Part shown: positions 50,411 through 59,452 of the stretch, in pieces
Position numbering within the stretch: position 1 is the first letter of the stretch
How the letters are laid out: the number at the start of each line of letters is the position of its first letter
Assembly: GCA_028282585.1 (NCBI GenBank)
Contig: JANQHR010000126.1
Span: 1-64,000, forward strand
Source of the DNA: Bacteroidales bacterium
GTDB lineage: Bacteria; Bacteroidota; Bacteroidia; Bacteroidales; UBA12077
Length of the DNA stretch: 64,000 nucleotides
Reading direction: 5' to 3'
Notes under the pieces: generated by a model
Seen by the model: only the letters and a program-made list of their open reading frames with translations
Database searches by the model: none
What the model was told of the DNA's origin: nothing
Made by a program: the position numbers and the translations under genes

Positions 50411-51269
50411 GAAAAATATCATATGGTTGGCTAGTTATCCGAAATCGGGAAATACTTGGTTTCGTATTTTTCTTACTAATTTGTTATACGAATCAGATGA
50501 TCCTGCGAATATCAATGATTTAGCTGAAACCTCCATTTCCAGTTCGCGAAAGATATTTGATGAATACACAGGCCTTTCATCTTCCGATTTAACTTTTGAG
50601 GAAATTGATACATTACGTCCTTATGTTTATCGTATACAATCAGAGGAAAGCAATGAGCTATTGTTTAAAAAAGCTCATGATAAGTTTTATAATGTGAATA
50701 AAAATCAACCCTTGTTTCCACCGGAAGTTTCAAAAGGAGTCATTTATTTTATTCGTAATCCATTGGACGTATTAGTTTCTTTTGCATATCACAGTGCTAA
50801 ACCTATTTCAAGAATGCTACCTTCACTAAATAATTCAAAATATGAATTTTGTGGAAGAGATAACAAATTACAAAATCAGTTAAGGCAAATACTAGGAAGC
50901 TGGTCTGGTCACGTTTGTAGTTGGATCAACCAGGATTTAATTCCGATTCATATCATGAGGTATGAAGATATGATCAATGATACTTTTAATACGTTTAAAC
51001 ATGCCGTACAATTTATTGGATTGAAAAAAACGGATAAACAAATAAAAACGGCCTTGGCAAAAAGTAGTTTTTCAGTTTTATCGAAACAGGAAAAAAAGGA
51101 TGGTTTTAGGGAAAAAATGATTCGCACAAAATTTTTTTTTCGTAAAGGTCAAATAGGTGATTGGAAAAACCATTTAAGTGAACGGGAGGTAGAAAAAATT
51201 GTTTTAAACAATAAAGAAATTATGTTGAAATTCAAATACTTGGACAGTAATTACAAACCTATATTTTAA
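50403..51269 (+). CDS. PAPS-dependent sulfotransferase (Sulfotransfer_1)
   Basis: WLASYPKSGNTW 5'-PSB, RNPLDVLVS 3'-PB, RYED, FFRKGQIGDWK. Confidence 0.92.
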   Translation: MSKKNIIWLASYPKSGNTWFRIFLTNLLYESDDPANINDLAETSISSSRKIFDEYTGLSSSDLTFEEIDTLRPYVYRIQSEESNELLFKKAHDKFYNVNKNQPLFPPEVSKGVIYFIRNPLDVLVSFAYHSAKPISRMLPSLNNSKYEFCGRDNKLQNQLRQILGSWSGHVCSWINQDLIPIHIMRYEDMINDTFNTFKHAVQFIGLKKTDKQIKTALAKSSFSVLSKQEKKDGFREKMIRTKFFFRKGQIGDWKNHLSEREVEKIVLNNKEIMLKFKYLDSNYKPIF

Positions 51270-51270
51270 A

Positions 51271-51561
51271 ATGGTTAAAATAAAATTAACGGAAAATACT
51301 TTAATAAAGAGAAAGAATAGTATTCTAGCCAGTGATTTGGATGGGGAAAAGGTTATGATGAGTATCCAAAAAGGTGAGTATTATGGTTTAGGGAAAACGG
51401 GAACTTTTATTTGGGATCACATTGAAAATTACATCTCAATTAGTGATTTAATAACTTTAATTACAGATAAGTATAATGTAAAGAAAGAGCAATGTTTAAA
51501 AGATATTATTCCTTTTATAACGGACCTTATTGAAAAAGAGCTTATTATTGCAACCAATTAG
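51271..51561 (+). CDS. Lasso peptide RiPP recognition element (B1, PqqD family)
   Basis: DLDGEKVMM..QKGEYYGL..TGTFIW, Y.V..EQC..D...F...L. Confidence 0.92.
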   Translation: MVKIKLTENTLIKRKNSILASDLDGEKVMMSIQKGEYYGLGKTGTFIWDHIENYISISDLITLITDKYNVKKEQCLKDIIPFITDLIEKELIIATN

Positions 51562-51592
51562 AGTTTTTTTACGTTTAAACTTGTGAACACGA

Positions 51593-52033
51593 ATGATGTT
51601 CAAACAGATAAAGAAATATTGCAGCTTAGATAAAACTGAACGTAAAATCTTGAATCGAACTTTTTTTTGGTTAATTTATGCTTTTGTACTGGTTCGATTA
51701 ATACCTTTAAAATGGTTTAATTCAATTTTAGGGGAATATAACAACGTGGTTGAAGTAACTTTAAACACAAAACAACTACAGTTAATTTTTGTGGTTAAAA
51801 AAAATATAAGAAGAGTAAAAAAACATTTACCCTGGAAAGTTAAGTGTTTTGAAGAAGCAATAACAGCAAAAAAATTACTGGAAATGGTTAATATAAAATC
51901 AACACTTTACTTAGGAGTCAGAAAAGGGAGTAAACAGACCTTAAAAGCTCACGCCTGGTTGAAAAGTGGAGATAAATTTGTTAGTGGAGAAAAAGGATAT
52001 AAAAGTTTTGTGACGGTTGGATTTTATACTTGA
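51593..52033 (+). CDS. Lasso peptide leader peptidase (B2, transglutaminase-like)
   Basis: PW..KCFEEA catalytic Cys, LYLGV, AHAWL catalytic His. Confidence 0.92.
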   Translation: MMFKQIKKYCSLDKTERKILNRTFFWLIYAFVLVRLIPLKWFNSILGEYNNVVEVTLNTKQLQLIFVVKKNIRRVKKHLPWKVKCFEEAITAKKLLEMVNIKSTLYLGVRKGSKQTLKAHAWLKSGDKFVSGEKGYKSFVTVGFYT

Positions 52034-52059
52034 TTATATGACACTTATGGAAGATTATA

Positions 52060-52088
52060 AAATTTGCATTAAATTTGATTTAAATTTG
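52060..52088 (+). promoter_or_regulatory. Three AAATTTG direct repeats at 11-nt period upstream of the precursor; two are full -7 elements
   Basis: AAATTTG at 52060, 52071 and 52082. Confidence 0.45.
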
Positions 52089-52099
52089 AAAAAAGTGAG

Positions 52100-52258
52100 A
52101 TGATGAAAGAAAAGAATGTAAATAAGGAAACTAGTCAACCATGCAATAAACTTGAATGGGAAGCTCCAAGATTATATTGTTTAGATAAAGGAAAAACAGA
52201 AGGGGGAACCTTTAGCGGATATGCTGAAGGTGTAACATATAATGGTACAGCATCGTAA
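52100..52258 (+). CDS. Lasso peptide precursor, 52 aa: MMKEKNVNKETSQPCNKLEWEAPRLYCLDKGKTE-GGTFSGYAEGVTYNGTAS
   Basis: Translated by hand (below the ORF-track cutoff); WxxPxL leader motif, Thr at -2, Gly1, Glu9, C-terminal Ser; directly after B2. Confidence 0.88.
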   Translation: MMKEKNVNKETSQPCNKLEWEAPRLYCLDKGKTEGGTFSGYAEGVTYNGTAS

Positions 52259-52270
52259 ATTTGTTTTATA

Positions 52271-55200
52271 ATGAGAAAAGTTTTATATTTCTTAGGCATC
52301 ATTCTTATTCCATTAAATTGTTTTAGTCAGGCATGGATTGTGTCTCAGCATCTAAAAAGTGATAATGATTTAAGAATCTTAGATATTAAAAAAGATGCTG
52401 GTAATAATGTTTATGTTACTGGTATTTTTAAAGGCACATATAATGGTAATACTTCTGAAGGTCTTTTTGATATATTTCTGGCAAAGTTTAATAGTGATTT
52501 AAATAAAGAGTGGATTCAAACGGTAGGAAGTTCATCTGTTGAATTCGACCCTAGGATTACTTTAGATGCAGCAAATAATATTTTTTTAACGGGCGCTTTT
52601 AGAGACAGCTGTGTTTTTGATGAAAATATATATTTAAAAAGTGACGGTAACTACGATATTTTTCTCGCAAAGTATTCGAATGTAGGAAATATTATATGGG
52701 CAAAAAATATTGCTAATTATCCAACGCAGCAAAATCCGACTGATATAGATGTTGATGGTAACAACGATCTAATAATAACAGGTCACTTTTCAGACTCTAC
52801 GTATCTTATAAATCAAAAAATAGTTAGTTCAGGAAGGAATAGTTTTTTTGCAAAAATTGATACCAGTGGAACTAAAATTTGGGTTAATTATGTGCCAGGA
52901 AATAATATATCTTCAAGAATTAATAATATTAAAGTGTACCAAGATGAATATTATTTTAATGGGTACTTTAGAGATGAGATGTACTTTGATATTGAAACAA
53001 TTACTAGCAATATACCAGGTCAACAGGATCTTTTTATTTATAAAACAGACATAAATGGCAATGGATTATGGATAAGAAGAACTTATGGTGATAATTTAGA
53101 TGCTACTGGTTCTATTGCTGGAGATAATTATGGTAATGTTTACTTTACAGGGTACTTTCAAAGCTCAACATTAGCGGTAGATTCAACTGATATTAGTTTA
53201 TCTAGTCAGATTTTAACCAATAATAATGATTTTGATATTTTCATATTAAAGTACAATAAAAATGGTAACCTACAGTGGAATAAACAATTTGGACTAAATG
53301 GTCGTGATTACGGTGTTGATGTGAATGTCAATAATGATATTTTATACATGTCAGGTTATTTTAGCGATACTATAGCTTTTGGTGAATATTCACTTGAATC
53401 GACAGGAACAGGGGATAGAGATATGTTTATAACTGTTATGGATCTAAATGCGAAGACTTTTAATTCCATATCTCTGGGAGGGATTGATGGCAATGACCTT
53501 GCTGCTGGCGCTTTGGTTTTAGAAGACGGAGATGCAATCATTAGTGGTTATTTTCAATCATCCAGTATTTCTGTTGGAGATAGCTTATTCATGAATGCTT
53601 CACCTGGTTTTAGGGATGGAATAGTTGCAGAATATAGGCCACCATTATCTGCAGTTTTTTCAAACGTTGAAAATATTGCCTGTAATTCAGATAATGATGG
53701 AGAGCTTACAATAACTGCTGAGTTTGGACAAAAGCCTTATACGTATTCCTGGAGTCATGATGGAGGTTTAACCGATTCTACTGCAATAGGGCTTTCTGCT
53801 GCAACTTATACAGTTACAGTTACAGATGCTGTTGACTCAACGGCGGTGGTAAGTTACGATTTAACTGAACCGGATGAAATTACGTTTAATCCATTGGTTA
53901 CCCAGGTAAGTCAATGCAGTTACTCAAAAGAAGGAGTTATTGATTTAAATGCAGCAGGAGGAAATGGAGGATATACATATCAATGGCAGGCGAGCGAAGG
54001 AGGAGATGGTATTGTGTTAAGCGCAGAAGACCAATCAGGTTTAGCTATTGGTAGATACGATGTAACAATAACTGACACAGAATTATGTACAAATGATACT
54101 ATAACTTACATTACCGGACCGGCACCAATTACGTTTGGAGGTTCTGTTGTAACTGATTCTTCGGGGATAGGTCCCGGAGCTATTGATTTATCATATACTG
54201 GTGGATCTGGAAGTCCTGCTTCTTTTACATTTGATTGGATTGGCCCATCAGGTCCTCCAGCTACTCATTCTGAAGATACTTCCAACTTGAGTCCTGGAAA
54301 TTATAGTGTTACTGTTACAGATGTTCATCTTTGTGAGTTTGATACAACCTTTAATGTTGCAAATTTGGATACATTTTATATATTTATTTCAGACCAAAAA
54401 GATGCTTGTTTAGGAACTATTAATGGTAATGCAACGGTTAGCTTTTCTTCACCTAAAGGACATACGTTAATTAACTATTTATGGGATGTAAATGCAGGAA
54501 GCCAAACAACGGCAAAAGCAACTAATTTAGCTCCCGGGAGATATTATAAAGTTACTGTTACTGATACTGAGAATACGCCGAATACAACTTTAGTTGATAG
54601 TGTATATATAGATGAGTTAATATATAATTTGGCAGGTTCATTGTCAGGTACAACAACACTGGATTGTTACGGTGATACGGATGGTTATATTGATTTAACC
54701 ATAACCATAGCTGGAGAGTTGCCCTATACTTATAATTGGAGTACAGGTTCAAACTTACAGGATATTACCGATCTTGGAATAGGAAATTATAGTGTTACAG
54801 TTACTGATGATAATGAGTGTACTTTTTCAATTACAAACTATGCTATAAACCAGCCGGAACTTTTAACAGCTTCTGCTGAAATTATAAACGAACCTTCTTG
54901 TAACGGGGATTTTGATGGTGAAGTAACTGTTGATAGAAACGGAGGGACAGCACCTTACACGTACCAATGGGATGACCCCGGATTTCAAGATACCCGCAAT
55001 GCAGATGGATTAGATGCTGGCTATTACACTGTAACTGTTACGGATGTAAATAATTGTATGACATTATCTGGAATTAATTTAACCGAACCAGATGTAGTTT
55101 CAATTAGTAAAGTAATAAGTGATGAGATATGTAATTCAGCAGGAGAAGGAGCAGTTACATTAACAACAACGGGAGGTACGGATCCTTTTGGCTATTCTTG

Positions 55201-56584
55201 GACTACAACTGATGGTTCAGGATTAATATCTTCTAATAAAAATCAGACCGGGCTTACAGCAGGGAAATATTATTTTACAGCAACCGATAATAATGGTTGT
55301 GCTTTTATGGATAGTGCTGAGATAACGGAACCTGAATTACTTCAAATTACCAATGAATCCAAAACAGATGTGAATACCTGTAATGGTGATAACACTGGTA
55401 CCATAACAATCGCAGCATCAGGAGGTACAGGTATTTTAACTTATACATTAAATCCTGGAAATATTCAAACAAATAATACAGGGGCATTTACAAGTCTTGG
55501 TGCTGGTAATTATACAGTAAATGTTGAAGATGAAAATGCATGTGCAGTAGCTTCAAGTTCTCTGAGTATAGCAGAACCGGCTTTATTAATAATTACTAGG
55601 AATGATGTAAATGATGCAACTTGTTATGGAATTAATAATGGGAATATTGACATTAATGTGTCCGGAGGAACAATTTCATCAGGATATACTTTTAATTGGA
55701 CAACTTCGGATGGTTCTGGACTAGTTGCAGGTTCAGAAGATCAGCCAAGTTTAGGAAATGGGACCTATGATTTAACTGTAACTGATGATAATTTATGTTC
55801 GGATAATACAAGCTTTGTGTTAACAGAACCTGAAGCTATTATAGTTAATAAAACAGTGTATGAGCCATCATGCAATGATGATAATGATGGAACTGTAATA
55901 GTTACACATTCTGGAGGAACTTTACCTTTTTCGTATTTTTGGACAACAACAGATGGAAGTGGCTTAGATCCGGTTTATCGAAACCAAGGTGGATTAAGCC
56001 CGGGAACGTATTATTTAGAAATTACAGATGCTTTAGATTGTATAATTAACGAAGCTGTTACAATTACAGCGCCATCTATAATTACTATAGATTCTCAGAG
56101 CTCTACTGATGCAACCGATTTTAATACTGCTGACGGAACAATTTCAGTAACTGCATCCGGAGGTACAAGTACATTGACTTATGTATTAAGACCAGACGAT
56201 ATTTCGAACCAAACCGGTACTTTCAATTCATTATTACCTGGTGAATATGTAATAGAAGTTGATGATATTTATTTTTGTGGACCAATAACAACAGATACTA
56301 TTACTATTGGAGCAATTAATTCAGTTAATTTAATTTTTGCAGGAGATTTTATTAAAGTGTTTCCTAATCCAACATCAAGTAAAGTATTCGTGGAAATAGA
56401 TATGAATGCTACCTTTAAATTAGAACTCGCTAGTATGTCTGGACAAATCTTATATCAGGATGAAATAATCACAAATGGATTTATGAAAGAAGAGATTGAT
56501 CTTTCCTCATTTACAAAAGGGATTTATTTGCTGAGAATATATAATAATGAATATTACTTAACAGATAAGCTTATATTGCAGTGA
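52271..56584 (+). CDS. T9SS type-A cargo: N-terminal beta-propeller (SBBP-like) repeats plus SprB repeats
   Basis: Signal peptide; GNxYxTGxF / DIFLAKY repeats; C...DG.I....GG..PY.Y.W...L.AG.Y.VTVTD repeats; VFPNP...KGIYLL CTD. Confidence 0.9.
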   Translation: MRKVLYFLGIILIPLNCFSQAWIVSQHLKSDNDLRILDIKKDAGNNVYVTGIFKGTYNGNTSEGLFDIFLAKFNSDLNKEWIQTVGSSSVEFDPRITLDAANNIFLTGAFRDSCVFDENIYLKSDGNYDIFLAKYSNVGNIIWAKNIANYPTQQNPTDIDVDGNNDLIITGHFSDSTYLINQKIVSSGRNSFFAKIDTSGTKIWVNYVPGNNISSRINNIKVYQDEYYFNGYFRDEMYFDIETITSNIPGQQDLFIYKTDINGNGLWIRRTYGDNLDATGSIAGDNYGNVYFTGYFQSSTLAVDSTDISLSSQILTNNNDFDIFILKYNKNGNLQWNKQFGLNGRDYGVDVNVNNDILYMSGYFSDTIAFGEYSLESTGTGDRDMFITVMDLNAKTFNSISLGGIDGNDLAAGALVLEDGDAIISGYFQSSSISVGDSLFMNASPGFRDGIVAEYRPPLSAVFSNVENIACNSDNDGELTITAEFGQKPYTYSWSHDGGLTDSTAIGLSAATYTVTVTDAVDSTAVVSYDLTEPDEITFNPLVTQVSQCSYSKEGVIDLNAAGGNGGYTYQWQASEGGDGIVLSAEDQSGLAIGRYDVTITDTELCTNDTITYITGPAPITFGGSVVTDSSGIGPGAIDLSYTGGSGSPASFTFDWIGPSGPPATHSEDTSNLSPGNYSVTVTDVHLCEFDTTFNVANLDTFYIFISDQKDACLGTINGNATVSFSSPKGHTLINYLWDVNAGSQTTAKATNLAPGRYYKVTVTDTENTPNTTLVDSVYIDELIYNLAGSLSGTTTLDCYGDTDGYIDLTITIAGELPYTYNWSTGSNLQDITDLGIGNYSVTVTDDNECTFSITNYAINQPELLTASAEIINEPSCNGDFDGEVTVDRNGGTAPYTYQWDDPGFQDTRNADGLDAGYYTVTVTDVNNCMTLSGINLTEPDVVSISKVISDEICNSAGEGAVTLTTTGGTDPFGYSWTTTDGSGLISSNKNQTGLTAGKYYFTATDNNGCAFMDSAEITEPELLQITNESKTDVNTCNGDNTGTITIAASGGTGILTYTLNPGNIQTNNTGAFTSLGAGNYTVNVEDENACAVASSSLSIAEPALLIITRNDVNDATCYGINNGNIDINVSGGTISSGYTFNWTTSDGSGLVAGSEDQPSLGNGTYDLTVTDDNLCSDNTSFVLTEPEAIIVNKTVYEPSCNDDNDGTVIVTHSGGTLPFSYFWTTTDGSGLDPVYRNQGGLSPGTYYLEITDALDCIINEAVTITAPSIITIDSQSSTDATDFNTADGTISVTASGGTSTLTYVLRPDDISNQTGTFNSLLPGEYVIEVDDIYFCGPITTDTITIGAINSVNLIFAGDFIKVFPNPTSSKVFVEIDMNATFKLELASMSGQILYQDEIITNGFMKEEIDLSSFTKGIYLLRIYNNEYYLTDKLILQ

Positions 56585-56600
56585 TAAAATAACATATTTG

Positions 56601-56631
56601 AAAAAAGCTCTCACCATGAGAGCTTTTTTTT
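56601..56631 (+). terminator. Rho-independent terminator
   Basis: aaaaaagctctca-cca-tgagagctttttttt. Confidence 0.88.
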
Positions 56632-56691
56632 ATTGTAATTTGTAGTCCAACTCTTAGATGATTATCTTTGTTTTCTTTAAAACTTAAAATT

Positions 56692-57966
56692 ATGAATATA
56701 CTTTTACTTGGTACAGGGGGGCGCGAACACGCGTTAGCATGGAAAATTGATCAAAGTAATAAAGTTAAGAATCTATACATAGCGCCAGGTAATGCTGGGA
56801 CTTCTGATATTGGTGAGAACATAAACATTAGTTTGTCAGATTTTGAAGCAGTAAAGAAAGTAGTTATTGATAAGGAAGTAGATTTAGTAGTGGTAGGTCC
56901 AGAACAACCATTGGTTGATGGGATTGTTGATTTCTTCGCTTTAGATTCGGATATAAAAAATATCCCGATTATTGGACCGTCAAAGTTAGGTGCTAAGTTG
57001 GAGGGTAGCAAAGATTTTGCTAAAGCATTTATGCAAAAATACCAAATACCTACGGCAAGGTATCAATCTTTTAATAAAAAAACTATCGTTGATGGAAAGA
57101 GATTCCTTGAAACTTTGTCGGCCCCTTATGTATTGAAAGCAGATGGTCTGGCTGCAGGCAAGGGAGTGTTAATTTTAGATGACTTAGAACAAGCTCAAAC
57201 CTCACTGGAAAATATGCTTAATGGTCAGTTTGGAGAAGCAAGCAAAACAGTAGTTATTGAGGAATTTTTAAAAGGTATAGAACTTTCCGTATTTATTGTT
57301 ACAGATGGAAAATCGTATAAATTATTACCGGAAGCAAAAGATTATAAGCGAATAGGAGAAGGTGATACCGGATTAAATACAGGTGGAATGGGCGCTGTAT
57401 CTCCTGTTCCATTTGCAGATAAGGAGTTTTTATCAAAAGTTGAAGAAAGAGTAATTAAACCTACTATTGACGGTTTAATAAAAGAAAATATAAAATACAA
57501 AGGATTTATATTTTTTGGCCTAATGAATGTTAAAGGAGATCCATATGTAATTGAATACAATGTGCGTATGGGAGATCCGGAAACAGAAGTTGTCATACCA
57601 CGTATAAAATCTGATTTAGTTGACTTGTTTGTACATACAGCTAATAGTACACTGGAAAATGCGGAATTAATTATTGATGAAAATTTTTGCACGACGGTAA
57701 TGTTAGTATCTGAAGGATATCCTGAAAAATATGAAAAAGGCAAAAAAATAACTAACCTGGAAAAAGTAAAGGAATCCATCATATTTCACGCGGGAACTAT
57801 TAATAAAGATGATCATGTTTATACAAATGGAGGGAGAGTTATAGCAATTTCTTCGTATGGTGAAAATATGGATGCTGCATTGCTAAAGTCATATAGGAAT
57901 ATTGACGCTATTAAATTTGAAGGAAAAAATTACAGAAAAGATATTGGATTTGATCTAAAAGAATAA
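56692..57966 (+). CDS. purD: Phosphoribosylamine--glycine ligase
   Basis: GGREHAL, GPEQPL, KADGLAAGKGV, NTGGMG, R.GDPE; start refined to ATG 56692 because the track's TTG lies inside a TATCTTTG promoter motif. Confidence 0.97.
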   Translation: MNILLLGTGGREHALAWKIDQSNKVKNLYIAPGNAGTSDIGENINISLSDFEAVKKVVIDKEVDLVVVGPEQPLVDGIVDFFALDSDIKNIPIIGPSKLGAKLEGSKDFAKAFMQKYQIPTARYQSFNKKTIVDGKRFLETLSAPYVLKADGLAAGKGVLILDDLEQAQTSLENMLNGQFGEASKTVVIEEFLKGIELSVFIVTDGKSYKLLPEAKDYKRIGEGDTGLNTGGMGAVSPVPFADKEFLSKVEERVIKPTIDGLIKENIKYKGFIFFGLMNVKGDPYVIEYNVRMGDPETEVVIPRIKSDLVDLFVHTANSTLENAELIIDENFCTTVMLVSEGYPEKYEKGKKITNLEKVKESIIFHAGTINKDDHVYTNGGRVIAISSYGENMDAALLKSYRNIDAIKFEGKNYRKDIGFDLKE

Positions 57967-57968
57967 CT

Positions 57969-58982
57969 ATGTTGGTAAATACACTTAAAAGCAATCAACC
58001 ATATGTTATAGTATTAATAATTTTTGTAAGTGCAGCATTATGGTTATTTTCATTTGTTAATCCGATCGGAATTAGTATTTCAACAGATACTTTTTATTCA
58101 CCATTTTATAGTTTAATTGTTAAGATCATTGAGTATAAAACATCTTTTTCTGTGTTTTTAACATTGTTAATTGTTGTATTGCAAGCTTTTTTGCTTGTTT
58201 TTTTTAATAAAACATATATTTTAATTAATTACAGGACTTATTTACCTGCTTTTTTTTATATTATAATTGCCAGTAGTTTTGTTCAATTACAGAGAATAAA
58301 CCCAGTAATCTTAGGTGCAATTTTTATATTTATTTCTATAAATAACTTATTTAGCATATATAGATCGGATTATACTTTAAACAAGCTTTATTTAGCAGGT
58401 TTTTTTATAGCAATTGCATCTCTATTTTGGACTCCATTTATCTTTTTTGTTATATTAATCTGGATTTCACTTCTCGTTTTAAGACCATTTATTGGAAGAG
58501 AATGGTTGGTAGGTTTATTAGGATTTTTGACTCCCTACCTATTCGTATTCGTATATTATTTTGTTTTTACATCAGGAGATCAAATAGAAATGCTAATAGC
58601 CTCTTTACAACAAAGCTTAAAAATTAATATAAACCTTAATTTTCTTCATTTTTCTTACTACATATTATATGGATTTCTTTTTCTTTTATTAATACTTGCT
58701 AGTTATACTATAATAGCCAATTTTCAGAAAAAAAAGATAAGAAACAGAAAATATTTTGAAATTAACTGGTGGATTTTTTTTATTAGTTTTGGGTTATTGG
58801 TATTTTTTGAGTCTGTTGGTTATGAGATTATATATGTATTATGTATTCCTTTATCCTTTTTACTTACTGATTACTTTTATACAATAAGAAAATCTTGGTT
58901 CTTAAATTTATTATTAGTTGTATTTTACTTATCAATTATATATATACAAATAACAGCTCATCAATTTGATGAGCTGTTATAA
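57969..58982 (+). CDS. Polytopic membrane protein (DUF6427-like)
   Basis: Very hydrophobic; RTYLPA, LRPF..REW; follows purD as in other Bacteroidota. Confidence 0.7.
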   Translation: MLVNTLKSNQPYVIVLIIFVSAALWLFSFVNPIGISISTDTFYSPFYSLIVKIIEYKTSFSVFLTLLIVVLQAFLLVFFNKTYILINYRTYLPAFFYIIIASSFVQLQRINPVILGAIFIFISINNLFSIYRSDYTLNKLYLAGFFIAIASLFWTPFIFFVILIWISLLVLRPFIGREWLVGLLGFLTPYLFVFVYYFVFTSGDQIEMLIASLQQSLKININLNFLHFSYYILYGFLFLLLILASYTIIANFQKKKIRNRKYFEINWWIFFISFGLLVFFESVGYEIIYVLCIPLSFLLTDYFYTIRKSWFLNLLLVVFYLSIIYIQITAHQFDELL

Positions 58983-58997
58983 TTTTATATTTAAAAA

Positions 58998-59450
58998 TTA
59001 AAATCTTTCAACAAAGGAAAGTAATGCAATTGCTAAACCTTGTTCTCCTTCCTTAAAGTTAACCCAAATATGGTAAACTCCTGTTTGTGTACATTTAAAA
59101 TCAACGCTAGGATAGCTTTTACCTGTAGCTACAATATATGTTGTTCCTAATAAACGGTTATTATCATAAATTTGCAGAATTGCTTCTCCAGCAAAATCCT
59201 TGGAATTACAAATCGAGAAACGGTATTTAGTATTTTTACTAAGCACAACCGAATGTCTGGCAACAGGGGGCTCTTCACCTGGTTTTGCTGCTTCAAGTTT
59301 AATTTGGAAATCTTTGAGATACGTAGCATCTTCACCTGCTACCATATTACATATATCTACTAACTCTTGACCAGATTGAGCTAATAACTTATTACTATTT
59401 CCTAATATTAAAATTGCAAATAGGGTAAAAATTATATATACGTTTCTCAT
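58998..59450 (-). CDS. Hypothetical secreted protein
   Basis: Signal peptide (...LLAQ), three Cys, beta-rich (TYLKDF, YRFSIC, F.C..TGVYH). Confidence 0.75.
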   Translation of the reverse strand: MRNVYIIFTLFAILILGNSNKLLAQSGQELVDICNMVAGEDATYLKDFQIKLEAAKPGEEPPVARHSVVLSKNTKYRFSICNSKDFAGEAILQIYDNNRLLGTTYIVATGKSYPSVDFKCTQTGVYHIWVNFKEGEQGLAIALLSFVERF

Positions 59451-59452
59451 AT

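Noticed and set aside
51271-51561. PQQ biosynthesis (pqqD)
   Set aside because: No pqqA/B/C/E or radical SAM gene nearby; it is adjacent to a lasso B2 peptidase
53650-56330. Possible CRISPR or DNA repeat array
   Set aside because: The repeats are degenerate protein-level SprB domains inside one ORF, with no constant repeat-spacer pattern and no cas genes
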